Shown here: positions 1-12,001 of the stretch, in pieces
How positions within the stretch are numbered: position 1 is the first letter of the stretch
How the letters are laid out: each line of letters starts with the position of its first letter
Assembly: GCA_963785305.1 (NCBI GenBank)
Contig: CAWAUV010000008.1
Span: 1,248,001-1,312,000, forward strand
Source of the DNA: an uncultured Planctomycetaceae bacterium
Lineage (GTDB): Bacteria; Planctomycetota; Planctomycetia; Pirellulales; PALSA-1355
Reading direction: 5' to 3'
DNA: 64,000 bases
Translations under genes and position numbers: made by a program
Notes under the pieces: model-generated
The model's database searches: none
Told to the model about the DNA's origin: nothing
The model's input: the letters and a program-made list of their open reading frames with translations, nothing else

Positions 1-145
1 CCGCTGCTGCATCTGCCAGGAAGTTTGCCGCTGTGGCAATGGATCTATGGCCACATTGCCCGGCGCCGCTATCGCTGGGGCGGCGTCGCCTCATGCGAAA
101 ATGGCCAATGTCGCCTACCCGGCCATGACCGGACTCCCCCCGGGC

Positions 146-3054
146 ATGGGTAGCGAAAATCCTGCAAAGGCGGAATCGGTGACCGAGCGATGGATTCGAG
201 TGCGCCGCGCCGCGGCGCATAACCTTAAAGAGATTGACCTCGACATTCCCCATGGCCGACTGATCGTGGTCGCGGGCCTGAGCGGCAGTGGCAAGACCAG
301 TCTCGCCCTCGACACGCTTTATGCCGAGGGTCAGCGCCGCTACATCGACAGCTTCTCCGCCTATACCCGGCAATTTCTCGAACGGCTGCAAAAGCCCGAG
401 GCCGAGAGCATCGAAGGCATTCCGCCGGCGATCGCCGTCACGCATAAGAATCCTACCCGCTCGAATCGGGCCACGGTCGGCGCCGCGACGGAAACAATCG
501 ACTATCTGCCCTGGTCTTCGCGCGGATCGGCCGGGTGTTTTGTGTCGATTGCGGCGCCGAAATCTCGCGAGACACCGCCGAGTCGGCGGCCGAGCGATTG
601 GCCCGCTTGCCCGCCGGAGTTCGACTGATTATCGGCTGGGCGATCGAATCGCGACCCGGCGCGGACTGGAACTCCATCGCCGCCGCGCTTCGTGAAGAAG
701 GCTTTGTGCGGGCGATCGTTGGTGGCCGATCGCTCGATCTCACCGGACTCGCGGGCTTCGAGACCGAGCGGTCGGCCGCCGACACTCTATCAAAGGGCCC
801 CTGCCACGGAATCGTCGATCGGCTCACGGCCGGCTCGGCGCCCGAGCGACTCCGCGATTCGCTCGAAACGGCATTCGCCAAGGGACATGGGCATGCCGTG
901 ATCTTGGCCGAGCTCACCGAAAAACTAAGCGACTCGGTCGCCGCTTCCGTAATGGGGGGGCGAGAGACCACGATCGACGGGCGACCCTGGCATCTTGCTC
1001 GGCTCGGTACCGCGTTTCGCTGCGAGAACTGTGGCCACGATTATCCCAACCCGGAACCAAAGCTTTTCAGTTTCAATAGCCCGCTGGGGGCGTGTCCCGT
1101 GTGTGAAGGCTTTGGCTCGATCGCGGAGCTGGACCTCGAGCTGAATTGTTCCCGACCCCGGCAAATCGATCGCCAACGGGGCGATCGCGCCCTGGAACAC
1201 CCCGGCCTATGCCCACGAGCTAAGGGAACTGCTCGCGCTGGCGTCGGACTATAAACTGCGCGTCGATGTCCCGTTTTCCGAACTCACGGACGCCGAGCGC
1301 GAGATCGTGGCCCACGGGGTTAAGGAGCGCGATTTCGGCGGGCTGGATGGTTTCTTTGCTTGGCTCGAGCGGCGTAAATACAAAATGCATCATCGCGTGT
1401 TCTTGAGCCGCTGGCGGCGCTATCGCCCCTGTGCGGCGTGCGGCGGAACTCGGTTGCGGAATGAAGCCTTGGCCACGCGCGTGGGCGGGAAGAACATTGC
1501 GGAAATTTCGCGGATGAAGATTTCCGTCGCGCGTGAATTCCTCGATCGGCTCGATCTCACGCCGCACGAGCGGTCGATTAGCCACTTGATGCTCGACGAA
1601 ACCCGGCGCCGGCTCGCCTTCTTGGAGCAGGTGGGCCTCGGCTATTTGTCGATCGATCGCACGCTCCGCGACCTCAGCGGCGGCGAAGCCCAGCGGGTAG
1701 CGCTCACTTCGGCGCTCGGCTCGAATCTGTCGCACATGCTGTATGTGCTCGACGAGCCTTCGGTCGGCCTTCATCCCCAGGATGTCGGCGCCCTGCGCGA
1801 CGCGATCTTGCGGCTGCGCGATCGAGGGAACACGGTCGTGGTCGTCGAGCATGAAGAGGCGATCATTCGCGCGGCCGACGAAGTGCTCGAAATCGGTCCC
1901 GGCGCCGGCGAACGCGGGGGCAAGCTCGTGTTTCAGGGCAATCCCGCCGCCATGCTCGCCAGCGAACGAAGCCTCACCGGGGACTATCTCGCGGGCCGCC
2001 GCGGCCGCGGAGGGACCGCCCGCCGTCGCGCGCCACCCACGGATCGGTTCGCCTGGTCGGCGCCCGGGGCAACAATCTGCAAAACCTCACCGTGGAGTTT
2101 CCGCTCGGCGTGCTCTGCCTTGTGACTGGCGTGAGCGGGGCCGGTAAAAGCACGCTCGTCGAAGACACGCTCTATCCGGCCTTGTGCCGCCGCTTGCGAA
2201 AAGAAGCACCCGCGCCGCTCGACCACGACGATGTGTTTGGCGATGGCCAACTTCAAGATGTCATTCTCATCAATCAAGAGCCGATCGGTCGTTCGCCGCG
2301 TTCGAACCCGGTGACGTATATCAAGGCGTTCGACGAGATTCGCGCCCTGTTCGCCGAGACCCTCGAGGCCCGCACGCGCAACTACACCGCCGCTCATTTC
2401 AGTTTCAATGTCGAGGGCGGTCGCTGCACCGCCTGCAATGGCGACGGCGCGATCGTGATCGACATGCAGTTCATGGCCGATGTGTACATGACCTGTGGTC
2501 AATGCCGCGGCCAGCGGTATCGCAAGGAAATTCTCGAAATCAAGCATCGCGGGCGCAACATTGCCCAGGTGCTCGATCTGACGGTTCGCGAAGCGTTTGC
2601 TTTTTTTCGCGGCCAGCCCAAAGTGCAAGCCAAGCTCAAGCGGCTGATCGATGTGGGGCTCGACTACTTGCGACTCGGCCAGGGGGCCAACACGCTCAGC
2701 GGCGGCGAGGCCCAGCGATTAAAACTCGCCAGCCACCTGGGTGGCATGCGGCGGGGACGAACCCTGTTCGTGCTCGACGAGCCCACGACCGGCCTGCATT
2801 TTCAAGATGTCGCGCAATTGCTCGATTGTCTCGAAGCGCTCTTGGCCGTGGGACATTCGCTGATCGTGATCGAGCACAATTCGCAAATGATGCGCGCCGC
2901 CGACTACATCATCGACCTGGGGCCCGGCGCCGCGGATGAAGGCGGCCGCGTGATCGCCACCGGGCCGCCGCAAGCCATCGCCGCCGTGAAAGAGTCCCCC
3001 ACCGGCCGCTTGCTCGCCGAAGCGCTCGCCGACGAACCGATTGAAACGCCATGA
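146..3054 (+). CDS. uvrA: Excinuclease ABC subunit UvrA, split by about 3 frameshifts (near 510, 1145, 2040)
   Basis: Four consecutive ORF pieces carry HNLKEID, Walker A GLSGSGKT, Zn fingers, [13 protein letters not shown], second Walker A GVSGAGKS and [17 protein letters not shown]. Start uncertain (146 or 179). Confidence 0.93.
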
Positions 3055-3124
3055 GTCGCGTTCGCGGCATGACTCCCTTGCCCGTGGCGCCGATACAAAC
3101 GTGAAGCGCCAGCGGCCGAGCCAA

Positions 3125-3220
3125 CACAAGCCTGAAGCGCCAGCGAAGGAATTCGCTTCATCTCGACGTATTTCCGCACTCGATCTTCCGGAATTCTTTC
3201 GCTCGCGCTTCAAGCTTGTG
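3125..3220. repeat. 30-bp inverted repeat pair (REP/REPIN-like) between convergent uvrA and recJ
   Basis: cacaagcctgaagcgccagcgaaggaattc (3125-3154) matches the reverse complement of 3191-3220 with 3 mismatches; 36-nt spacer. Confidence 0.75.
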
Positions 3221-3326
3221 CGCCTCTTCGCCGGTCATGTAGCCGCGACGGTCGGCCGAGTGGCATGTCTCCACTTGCCGTGGGCATGAGCTCGCAACTG
3301 GAATATCACTCGCGATTCGCCGCTGA

Positions 3327-5161
3327 TCAGCTCTCCGCCGACGATCCGATCGACCCTTTGCCCGCGGTCAGCGCCGAGTCGGACACGCGCCAGTCGACCA
3401 CTTGCATTTCCACCGTTCGGCGCCCTTTGAATTCATTGATCACGGGACGAAAGGCGAGCGAAAGCGGGCCATCGACCGCAGCCAGCGCTTCGGCCCATTC
3501 TCCTCCGCCAAACGCCACGCCGCGCATCACCGCTCCGTGCTGCCGCACCTTGAGAGAAAGGTGCCGCTCGCCGCCGCCGATCTTGCGCGGCGGCTCAGCC
3601 AGTTCGACATCGCTCACCGCCAACACCGGCCGCGGATTTCCATGACCAAAGGGCGCCAAGCGTTCCATCTGCGAGAGCGATTCGAGCGTGAGCATGCTGA
3701 GGGTGGTTTCGCCATCGATCCGCAGTTCCGCCACCGGGCTCGCGCCGGCAAGGACTCCCGCGGCGTGTTCGCAAAACTCGCCGCGGAATGCCTCGACCCA
3801 TTGGGCGTCGATCTTGAGTCCGGCCGCCGCGGCATGCCCACCGTGGCTGACGAGGCGCGACGAACATTCCGCCAGCGCTTCATGCAGATCGAAGCCTGGC
3901 ACACTGCGGGCCGAGCCGACGCCCGGCTTTAGCCCTAGCTCGTCGAGCGAAATCACGATCACCGGCCGATGATGTTTTTCGGCGAGCCGGCCAGCCACGA
4001 TGCCGATCACGCCCGCATGCCAACCGCGACCCGCGAGCACTAGGGCCCGGTCGTTTTCCAGATCGAATTCTTGGGCTTGCTTGCTGGCGGCCAAGTACAC
4101 GCTACGCTCGAGACTCTCGCGGCTCGAGTTCAGCTCGTGCAGGTACTCGGCGAGGGCCTGAGCGCGGTCGGGCGATTCGGTGGTGAGCAGTTCGACGCCC
4201 AGTGTCGCTTGGCCCAAGCGGCCGGCCGCGTTGAGCCGCGGAGCGATTGCAAAGGCGATATCCTCGCTCGAGAGCTCGCTATTTTCCGCGAGCTTCGTCA
4301 CTTTGAGCAGCGCTTCGATACCCGGCGTGGGCTGATGCTTGAGGCTCTTGAGCCCATGCCGGACGAGAATGCGATTTTCGAAGCAGCCGTTGACCACGCC
4401 CAGCGGCACGACATCGGCCACGGCGCCCATCGCCGCGAGTCCGAGCGCTTGCACGAGAAAGTTTTTCATCCGCTCGCCCACCCGCTTGGCCTGGCTCGCC
4501 TGTTGGCACAGGGCCCACGCCAGCTTGAAGGCCACGCCCGCGCCGCAAAGGCCGGGAAACGGATAGGGGGGCAGCCCGCTCAGTTCGCTGGGCAAGAGCG
4601 GATGCACGATCGCCGCCGCCTCGGGCATTTCAGCGCCAAACGGATGGTGGTCCGTGATGATCAGTTCCAGGCCGAGCCGTTTGGCCGTGGCCGCTTCGCG
4701 CGGGCTGGCGGCGCCGCAATCGACCGTGATCACCAGTTCGGCGCCGCGGCTGGCGAGCGTGGCCAAGGCTTCGTCGTTGAGCCCATAGCCTTCATCAAGC
4801 CGATGCGGCACATAGTACCCCACCTGGCGCCGCCCACGAGACGAATGCATTGCACGAGAATCGCGGCGCTGGTCATGCCGTCGACATCGTAGTCGCCGTA
4901 GACGAAGATTTTGCGACCCGCGGCAATGGCGGCGGCGATGCGCTCGGCGGCCCGAGTGGCGCCGGGCAAGGTTTCCGGGTCGAGGAGCCCGACGAGTTTC
5001 GGATCGAGAAACTCACGAATTTCGTCGGGCGATTCGATGCCCCGGCACACGAGCAACTGGGCCACGACCGTCGACACGCCCGCGGCGCGAGCCAGCGCGG
5101 AGACACGCGCGGCGTCGTGGGGGGCGATGCGCCAATGTTTGCTGCGATGCTCGCTGGGCAT
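3327..5161 (-). CDS. recJ: Single-stranded-DNA exonuclease RecJ (frameshift near 4850)
   Basis: YGDYDVDG in the upstream frame; DEGYGL, TVDCG, TDHH, APRLNAAGRL, GSARS and GGHAAAAG in the downstream frame. Confidence 0.95.
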
Positions 5162-5451
5162 ACCGTTGCCGTGACCGGCGCGTCTTCCTTGATTTGGGGC
5201 ATTGCTTCGGGAAAGTCGCGATCTCTCGAAGGCATCAACTTGCCCGCGGCGGGCGCGTGCGAAGCCTCTTATTGAAACAGTTCGCCGATCGAGCGCCAAC
5301 CCCGGCGAGTGGAAGCCGTCTTGAATCGCGCGGCTGGGTCCGAATTCAGCCCGCTACTTGCGACCGGGCTCGGCCTGTGCGTATCTTTAAGGCTGCCGCG
5401 GTGTTGGATTCGCGGCCCGATCGCCCCCCCACTCTCTCGCCGAGGTCTTCC

Positions 5452-6618
5452 ATGCGCCTGACGATTCTCTTGCTGCTGGTGTTTGCCGTCGCCGAAGGTT
5501 CGTTCGCCACGACTTCGTCCGCCGAGGAGCCCGGCAAGCAGATCACCTTCAAGAAGACCAAGCTCGACGACAAGTTTCGCAGCGAGGGGGCCAGCATCGG
5601 CGATTTCAACCACGATGGCAAAATGGACATCTCGGCCGGCAATGTCTACTACGCCGCGCCTGACTGGAAACTGACCCCGATCGTGGCCAATGCGAAGGAG
5701 TACGATCCGCATGGCTATAGCGAATCGTTCTGCAACTATGCCGACGATGTCAATGGCGACGGTCGCACCAACCTGATCGTCGTTGGCTTTCCGGGCAAGG
5801 AAACCTGGTGGCATGAGCAGCCGGCCGAAGCGAGCGGCGCTTGGACCAAGCATGTCGTCACGCCAATTACGAACAACGAAAGCCCCGATTTGCTGAACGT
5901 TATCGGCGATGCGAAACGCGAATTGGTTCTCGGGTTCGACCCCGGCAAGTTCGTGGGACTCGCCGAGCGAACCGCCGACGCGGCCGCGCCTTGGAAGCTG
6001 ATTCCGGTGTCGGCCACCGGTTCGCCGGGCTCCGATCGCTTTTCCCATGGGATCGGCGCCGGCGATATCAATGGCGATGGTCGGAATGATGTGCTGATCA
6101 CGAACGGTTGGTGGGAACAGCCCGCCTCGCCGAGCGAAGGCTCGTGGACGTTTCATCCGGTGAATTTCGGCCCGGCGTGTGCCCAAATGCTCGTGTACGA
6201 TTACGATGGCGATGGCGATAACGATGTGTTGACCACGAGCGCGCACAACATCGGCGTCTGGTGGCACGAACAGACCAAGGACGGCTGGCGGACTCAGGAG
6301 ATCGACAAGAGCGTGTCGCAGACGCATAGCGTGTGTCTGGCCGATATCAACGGCGACGGGCTCGCCGATTTCGTCACCGGCAAGCGCTGGTGGGCCCACG
6401 GTCCCAAGGGCGATGTCGGCGCCGATCAGCCCGCGGTGCTGGACTGGTTCGAGCTGAGCCGCAAAGACGGCAAGCCAGTGTGGACCCGCCACGAGATCGA
6501 CAACAACTCGGGCGTCGGCACCCAGTTCGAGGTGGGCGATATCAATGGCGATGGTCTGCTCGATATCGCCGTGGCCAACAAACACGGAGCCTTCTGCTTC
6601 TTGCAAGAGCGGCATTAA
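5452..6618 (+). CDS. Secreted FG-GAP/VCBS-repeat beta-propeller protein
   Basis: Signal peptide followed by repeated D(I/F/V)NGDG..D calcium-binding motifs. Confidence 0.85.
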   Translation: MRLTILLLLVFAVAEGSFATTSSAEEPGKQITFKKTKLDDKFRSEGASIGDFNHDGKMDISAGNVYYAAPDWKLTPIVANAKEYDPHGYSESFCNYADDVNGDGRTNLIVVGFPGKETWWHEQPAEASGAWTKHVVTPITNNESPDLLNVIGDAKRELVLGFDPGKFVGLAERTADAAAPWKLIPVSATGSPGSDRFSHGIGAGDINGDGRNDVLITNGWWEQPASPSEGSWTFHPVNFGPACAQMLVYDYDGDGDNDVLTTSAHNIGVWWHEQTKDGWRTQEIDKSVSQTHSVCLADINGDGLADFVTGKRWWAHGPKGDVGADQPAVLDWFELSRKDGKPVWTRHEIDNNSGVGTQFEVGDINGDGLLDIAVANKHGAFCFLQERH

Positions 6619-6650
6619 CAGCCTGTCGAATATATCAGCAGGCTGCTAAT
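6614..6650. terminator. Hairpin between convergent genes (possible bidirectional terminator or REP-like element)
   Basis: attaacagcctg ... caggctgctaat, 12-bp arms with 1 mismatch. Confidence 0.45.
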
Positions 6651-6682
6651 CCGCGGGGTCTCGCTCGGACGTCGCGTCGCTG

Positions 6683-7929
6683 TCAGCTATCGGCGGCGGC
6701 GAATTCGCTTTTCATTTCGTCGATGCGTTGGAACACCACATCCAGCTCGTCTTTGAACAGGTCGCCGATCAAGAGGTCGGTCAAGTAGCCTTTCAAATGC
6801 GGGTGGCGCTTCACGAACGCGCCAAAGCTGAATCCGTTGTAGTATTCGCACACCAGCCGCCGCATGCGATCCATGCCGCGCACATATTCGGGCTCCCACT
6901 TGCCGAGCTGCGCCGCTGCTCGTCTCGCCCATGGCCAGACCTTCAACCACGGCGTCGGCCGCGAGTTGCCCGCTCTTAAGGGCCAAAAGCACGCCGGAGG
7001 AATAGAGCGGGTCGAGAAAGCCGAAGGCGTCGCCCACCAGCACCCAGCCATCGCCGGCCGCTTGCCGCGAGCGATAGGAATATTCCTTGGCGGCGAAAAA
7101 CTCGGTCAGCCGCCGCGCCTTGGCGATGCGCGGTTGCACGCCGACGCACTTGGACACCTCTTCGAAATAGATCGTCTCCAGGTCCTTCGAGGCTCGATTC
7201 TTGAACAAATAATCGAAATCGGCGACCACGCCGACGCTGAGAATGTCGTCGTGGAGCGGGATATACCAGAACCAGCCTTTCTTGCTTTGGGTCTGAATCA
7301 CGATCGTGGCGCCTTCGTCGCGGCCCGTGTCGCGATAGGCGCCTTCCCAGTAGGTCCACACGGCGGCTTTCTTCAGTTCGGGATCCCACTCACGAAGGTT
7401 CAGCCGGTCCATGATCATCGAGCTTTGGCCACTGGCGTCGACAACCACCTCGGCTTTCACGACTTCGCTCTCGCCGCCCTCGCGCGTGCAGTCGCACGCC
7501 GACGGCCCGCTCGCCCTCGAACAGCACTTCGAGCACGCGCGCTCCTTGTTCCACGGCCACGCCGTGCTCGGCCGCGTTGTCGAGCATGAGCTTATCGAAT
7601 TCGCTCCGCCGCACTTGCCAGGTTTGCGAACATTCGTGGGGCTTGTTGTCCCAGAAATAAAACGGTTCCGAGAGCCGACCCGAGGCGCCGACGAACTGCA
7701 CGCTGTGCTTTTGCACGAAATGGCTGCCCTTCATTTTGGGCAGCATGCCGAGCCGCTCGAGCACCCAATAAGTTTCGGGAATCATCGACTCGCCGATATG
7801 GAAACGGGGGAAGTGTTCGCGCTCGAAAAGCCGCACCTGATGACCGGCCTGGGCAATGAGCGTGGCGGCGGTCGATCCCGCGGGACCGCCACCGATCACC
7901 ACCACGCCGTGGCTGGAATTGGAACTCAT
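6683..7929 (-). CDS. FAD-dependent oxidoreductase, flavin-dependent halogenase-like (2 frameshifts)
   Basis: GGGPAGS FAD-binding motif, FPRFHIGES, DASG, WFWYIP (WxWxIP halogenase signature) and GDAFGFLDPLYSSGV. Confidence 0.85.
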
Positions 7930-8010
7930 GTTCTTGTCTCCCAGGGTTTTTTAATGAATGGTTGTTCGCCGCCGGCGCTGAATGGCCCGTTATCACGAAG
8001 AGTAGCCTGG

Positions 8011-8497
8011 TCACCACGGACGATCCGGCGGTTCGTGTGGCTCGCGGGCCTCGTCGAGCAGCGCGACGAGTTCCCTAAGCTTGCGCCGGCCGAGGTGGCC
8101 CAACTGCCGCACGTGGCGCTCGCGCACCGGGTCCGCCAGGGAGTCGACCAGCGCGAGGCCGGCCGAGGTGATGCCCACTTGCACGATCCGGCGATTGCCG
8201 ACGACTCGCCCACGCTTGACGAGCCCGCGCTTCGAGTTTGTCGATGAGTCGCGTGATATCGGGCGCCCGCGAAATCAGGCGGGCGCCCAAGGCCAGCGTG
8301 GGCATGCCCTCGGGCCGGGCGGCCTGGAGCAGCCGCAGCACATTGTACTGCTGGGCCGAGATTCCGTGCGGGCCAAACAGATCATCCTCGAGCGCTTTGA
8401 GGCGATCGTAGGCGCGCCAGAGGCTCAAATAAGCCTGCTGTTCGAGCGAGTCGAAGTTTCGCTGTTTTAGCTTGGGCGGACGCGCGGTGGTGGCCAT
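8011..8497 (-). CDS. MarR-family transcriptional regulator (frameshift near 8220)
   Basis: GISAQQYNVLRLL...PDITRLIDKLE; continues in another frame as NRRIVQVGITSAG to a stop at 8011. Confidence 0.85.
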
Positions 8498-8528
8498 AAT
8501 TCGCCAATGATAACGCGACCCGCGACAA

Positions 8529-8555
8529 ATGTCCAGACAACAGTTGTTAGAACAT
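8529..8555. promoter_or_regulatory. Candidate MarR operator (palindrome)
   Basis: ACAAC-A-GTTGT core at 8537-8547 with partly matching ATGT...ACAT flanks, just upstream of the marR start. Confidence 0.4.
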
Positions 8556-8656
8556 CCATGCGCGCCGCGCGTGGCCTCGGCGGAGCCGCGCCCAGCCTGA
8601 GCGCTGGTGCTCCAAAACATGGGGGCGAAATCTCGTGGTCGCCGCTGGTTTCGCGT

Positions 8657-10153
8657 TCAACCCGCTTTCACGCCGCGGTCGAAGGCGTCTTGGTCGCGGC
8701 TGTAGAGAGCCAGCGTCGATTCGAAGCGTTCGCTGGTCACTCGCCAGCAAGGCGCCTCGTCGGTGTAGGCGTTGCAATGACCGGCGAACAAGCGGTAGAG
8801 AAATTTGAACAAATGCCGCGGCACGCGCAGCCCTCGGAAAGCGTCCATCAAACGCCGCTCCGAAACGCTCTCGTCGAACATCTCGCGCAGGCTCGGGTTC
8901 TGGCCCGGCAACGCGCACGCCCGCACCCGGGCCAGAGCCACATCGTAGAGCGCTTCGCCGGTCCATTCGAGCGACGGAATCATGTTTTGCTTGTCGAGCC
9001 GCGCCCGCTGGTAAAAGTCGCGATCCTCGCGATCGATGAACTGTGAAAGCTCGATCGGCAAGAGCAGCTTGAAGCCGATGCCCTGGTGCTTGAGAAACTT
9101 GTTGTCGAGCATCGGCCAAAGCAGGGCCCGCATCTGATCGACCGAGCCGTTGATCAAATGCGGCTCATCGACCCGATCGACCAGCACCACGATCCCGCGA
9201 TAGCCGAGCGTCTGCAAGATGCTTTGAAATTTCGAGAGCAATTCATAGCGATCGTCGGTGCGCGGCTTCGCGGGCAACGGCTGGCCAACGAGCGCGGGCC
9301 CGGAGAAGTTCATGAGCACGCTGGTGAGCGGCCATGTTTCGCGGCGGCCGACGCGCACATTGCGCACGATGGCCCGCGCTTGCCAGAACCTTCGCCACAG
9401 TCGGGCGAGCCAGGGCAGCCAGCCAGCGAGAATCAAAAGATAGGGCCATACCGAGGCGAGCCATTCTTTTTCATGGAGCGCGATAACCGCCGCCGGCGTC
9501 GCGATGCTTACCGCAATGCCCAAAAGCAGCCGCCACGACTGGGGCCACGCGCGAAACCGCAGCTTGCGCCGCAACTTGCGCCAGCGGCCCTTGGTCGTTT
9601 CAGCGCTCGATTGATCGTAGCAAGCGGCCAAGAGCAGCAGGTCACGAGCCTGATGCGCGTCGAGCCGGCGCGCATCGAGCGGCTCTTCGATCGCCTCGGG
9701 CCGGCCGGGGCGCGCGTCGGCGCCGCGGGCAGAGAGCAACCGATCCACGAGCCCGGTGACACCCAGCGAGAGGATCGCGTCCATGTGGTCCCAGAGCTTC
9801 CATTCTCCGAGCACGCGGTCGCTCCGCTTGCGGCGCACTGCGGCGCGGAAGCGGTCGAGAAACGGGTTGAAGTCATCGTATTCGATGATCCAGACTCGGC
9901 CCTCGGGGTGGCTGGCGTTGTAGCTCGACAGATGCCGCACGATCTGCAATCGCATGGCGGTTTTGCCGGCGCCTTTTTCGCCAAACACGATCGAGGTGGC
10001 CGGCGTGGCGGGGTCGCCATAGATCTTGTCCCAGGTCGGATGGTAGGCGCTGGAGATGCAGTGATCCCTGAAAACCGGGTCGGTTTGGGCGTCTTCCTCG
10101 GCGAAAGGGTTGGCGCCGACACCGTGGTGTTCAAGAAACTGCTGCGTTTTCAT
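8657..10153 (-). CDS. Hypothetical P-loop NTPase-like protein with central two-TM insert
   Basis: Walker A-like GEKGAGKT, Walker B-like VVLVDRVDE, hydrophobic hairpin around aa 205-250. Confidence 0.7.
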   Translation of the reverse strand: MKTQQFLEHHGVGANPFAEEDAQTDPVFRDHCISSAYHPTWDKIYGDPATPATSIVFGEKGAGKTAMRLQIVRHLSSYNASHPEGRVWIIEYDDFNPFLDRFRAAVRRKRSDRVLGEWKLWDHMDAILSLGVTGLVDRLLSARGADARPGRPEAIEEPLDARRLDAHQARDLLLLAACYDQSSAETTKGRWRKLRRKLRFRAWPQSWRLLLGIAVSIATPAAVIALHEKEWLASVWPYLLILAGWLPWLARLWRRFWQARAIVRNVRVGRRETWPLTSVLMNFSGPALVGQPLPAKPRTDDRYELLSKFQSILQTLGYRGIVVLVDRVDEPHLINGSVDQMRALLWPMLDNKFLKHQGIGFKLLLPIELSQFIDREDRDFYQRARLDKQNMIPSLEWTGEALYDVALARVRACALPGQNPSLREMFDESVSERRLMDAFRGLRVPRHLFKFLYRLFAGHCNAYTDEAPCWRVTSERFESTLALYSRDQDAFDRGVKAG

Positions 10154-10218
10154 GCGAACCCTTGGCCTAGAAAGACGGACAAACCAACGATCGCGCTCCG
10201 CGATCGCAGCGCAGGCGC

Positions 10219-10794
10219 TCAGTTCGACTTGATCGAGTCGATCATCTTCTGAAACGCTTTTTCGTTGTCCGCCACGGTCTGCTGACCGCCATAGAATTTC
10301 ACGAAGTATTGCACGCCCCGCTTGCCGCGAATAATCGCCGCCAGCATGCGATATTTCGGCCGCTCGACCGCGGGAATGCCCGAAAACGGTCCACGGCTGT
10401 CCTTGTAAGTGCCCGAAATATCGACCACATGCACGTCGAGCCCGTGGATTTGCGACTCGGTTTTCTTGGCCACCTTGTGGGTGTCGCCGCTATCGGGCTG
10501 GGAGAATTGGCCGATCCAGCGTTCGATGTTGTCGTCGACGCTGCCGGCGGCGCCCATCACGGTGACGCGGCCCGCGTCCTTTTCGCCTTCGGCCGGGGGC
10601 ACGGCGAACTCGTATTCGATGATGCGATTTTCCGGCTTCTTGGGCTGCCAAGTTTCGGGGAACTGAAGTTCGATGGCGCCGTCGGCGACCGAGATGCGAT
10701 GCTCGTCTTTCTTTTCGTCGTCGGCGCGAGCCGGCGCCGCGGTGAACACAGCGAGCGCGACCAGCGCGAGCAGCAACAAAGTGGAGCGTGGCAT
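10219..10794 (-). CDS. Secreted hypothetical protein
   Basis: Signal peptide MPRSTLLLLALVALAVFTAAPARA; host-like codon usage. Confidence 0.75.
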   Translation of the reverse strand: MPRSTLLLLALVALAVFTAAPARADDEKKDEHRISVADGAIELQFPETWQPKKPENRIIEYEFAVPPAEGEKDAGRVTVMGAAGSVDDNIERWIGQFSQPDSGDTHKVAKKTESQIHGLDVHVVDISGTYKDSRGPFSGIPAVERPKYRMLAAIIRGKRGVQYFVKFYGGQQTVADNEKAFQKMIDSIKSN

Positions 10795-10852
10795 GGAGTG
10801 GGTTCCTTCGGGAAGAGGAGCGGCCGGGTCCGGAGCACGGCGGGCGCAAAAC

Positions 10853-12001
10853 CTAGGGGGACTGCATCGTATCGTCTTTCGCATTATCGCGGGAAGCCTC
10901 TTTCGACGCCTTGCCCTTGCCTTTCTTTTTCTCGGGCTTCGGCTTGGTGTCGGCTTCTTCGTTGTCGCCCGCGGTTTCCTCGGTGGCCTGGGCGGGCTTC
11001 GCGGGCTCGGCGGGCGCTTCAGGGTCTTTCGACTGGTTCACGAGCACGATCACGAGCACGACCACGAGCACGATGGTCATAATCACGAGCGCGGCCGTGA
11101 CATAGAGCGTTACGTCGGGCTCTTTTTTGCGCCGCTTTCGCCGCGTGAGCATTTCATCGTCGGAGCCCACTTCATCGTAACCGCCGAGCGGAGTTTCGAG
11201 CGCCGAGAGCACATGTCCGGCGGGCGCTTGACCCATCGAGGCCGCGACTTGGGCGATCGGCGCCACTTGCGCCAGGGGGGCGACATGCGCCACGGGTTGA
11301 GCGCCGGCATAGCCGCCGGCCTGGGTCATGTCGTATCCGGCCAAGGGAGCCACGGCCCCCTGCCAAGCCCCGGGCTGACCGCCCATGGCGGCGGGATTAA
11401 CCGCCACCGGATTGACCGGCGCCGCATAGCCGGCCGGCGTCGCGCCCAAGCTCGGAAATACCGTTGCGGCGGAACGCCACTCGGGCCAGCCATCGCGCCA
11501 CACCAGAGCATTGCCGCTCACGCGACCTTCTTGAATCCAAGAGCGCATCGTCGGCCCAGCGGCGGGGCCAAACTGGCCACCGGAGGGTGGCCGCACATAC
11601 CACACGGCATTGGGCGCTTCGTCAATCGGATCGGTCATCGTTTGCCCAACACCGGCGCCAGGAGACATTCCAGGAGTCATGCCGGCCGCGAAATGCATCG
11701 CGCCGGCCGCGTTTGCCACTACATTAGATGCTACACTGCCGGCCCGCGGCTGAAAACCCGCCTGGCCTTCGGCGGGCCCCTGGGCCGCGCCGGGGGCGAT
11801 GGCGGCCGATTGGGCCCAGGCGTCGGCGGGCGCCGAACCATCTTCGCCCGGGTCGGCGGTGGGGGCTCCGAGCGGTTGGCTCTCGAGCGGCACGATCACC
11901 TTGACATTGCACTTCGGGCAGATCGCCTTCTTTCCCGCCAGGAAAGACTTGACGTTGAGTTTATGTCCGTTGGGACAATAAAATTTGATGCCCATGCCCA
12001 T
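10853..12001 (-). CDS. Zn-ribbon plus DUF4339 (GYF_2) membrane-anchored protein
   Basis: CPNGH...CPKC, WYVRPPSGGQFGP...LVWRDGWPEW, low-complexity linker, C-terminal TM helix. Confidence 0.8.
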   Translation of the reverse strand: MGMGIKFYCPNGHKLNVKSFLAGKKAICPKCNVKVIVPLESQPLGAPTADPGEDGSAPADAWAQSAAIAPGAAQGPAEGQAGFQPRAGSVASNVVANAAGAMHFAAGMTPGMSPGAGVGQTMTDPIDEAPNAVWYVRPPSGGQFGPAAGPTMRSWIQEGRVSGNALVWRDGWPEWRSAATVFPSLGATPAGYAAPVNPVAVNPAAMGGQPGAWQGAVAPLAGYDMTQAGGYAGAQPVAHVAPLAQVAPIAQVAASMGQAPAGHVLSALETPLGGYDEVGSDDEMLTRRKRRKKEPDVTLYVTAALVIMTIVLVVVLVIVLVNQSKDPEAPAEPAKPAQATEETAGDNEEADTKPKPEKKKGKGKASKEASRDNAKDDTMQSP

